A stretch of DNA of 64,000 bases from the human T2T-CHM13v2.0 reference genome, Homo sapiens: the NCBI RefSeq assembly GCF_009914755.1, contig NC_060928.1. One strand, 5' to 3'. Below the pieces are notes generated by a model. The model had not been told where the DNA came from. It worked only from the letters and a program-made list of their open reading frames with translations, and made no database searches. Made by a program: the position numbers and the translations under genes. Positions 63,992 to 64,000 of this stretch are shown here, one piece after another. Positions within the stretch are counted from its first letter, which is position 1, and each line of letters starts with the position of its first letter.

Positions 63992-64000
63992 GAATCTGCA
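63992..64000 (+). pseudogene. CSN1S2BP: Start of exon 9 (ESA...), cut by window edge
   Basis: cccctaaaag|gaatctgca; upstream intron homologous to that before 980 and 6591. Confidence 0.85.

Larger units (their letters stand above)
57060..64000 (+). pseudogene. CSN1S2BP: Alpha-S2-casein-like pseudogene, 5' portion (exons 1-9, continues beyond window)
   Basis: Promoter, 63-nt signal-peptide exon and ordered phase-0 exons matching alpha-S2 casein; in-frame TAA in exon 4. Confidence 0.87.

Overview
AT-rich, repeat-dense primate genomic DNA, most likely hominine/human given an L1PA2-like element and AluY copies. It comes from the casein/SCPP cluster and holds parts of two tandem, plus-strand, disabled alpha-S2-casein-like genes whose micro-exons the ORF track misses. 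(1) The 3' part of the upstream gene (~980-12130; by gene order probably CSN1S2AP) has five short phase-0 exons, a frameshifted large exon, a stop-codon exon and a 3'UTR exon. (2) The 5' part of the downstream gene (~56900-64000; probably CSN1S2BP) has a STAT5/TTTAAATA promoter, exon 1 with a damaged donor, a signal-peptide exon (MKFFIFTCLLAIALAKH), a GAA>TAA stop at the first codon of exon 4, and otherwise open exons 5-9. The ~45 kb between them is mostly L1 (several with twin-priming inversions), Alu, THE1, MER/MADE1, MIR and L2. The long listed ORFs are L1/Alu-derived or chance ORFs. I found no new multi-gene system. The most notable signals are: possible rescue of the CSN1S2B-like frame by skipping one 24-nt exon; a tailless tRNA-Lys half-retrocopy with an exact inverted local copy near the promoter; an unusually dense set of locally templated insertions; a rearranged exon-module duplication/deletion in the upstream gene; and two atypically rearranged L1 insertions. 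Repeat subfamily calls and casein comparisons are from recall, not database searches.
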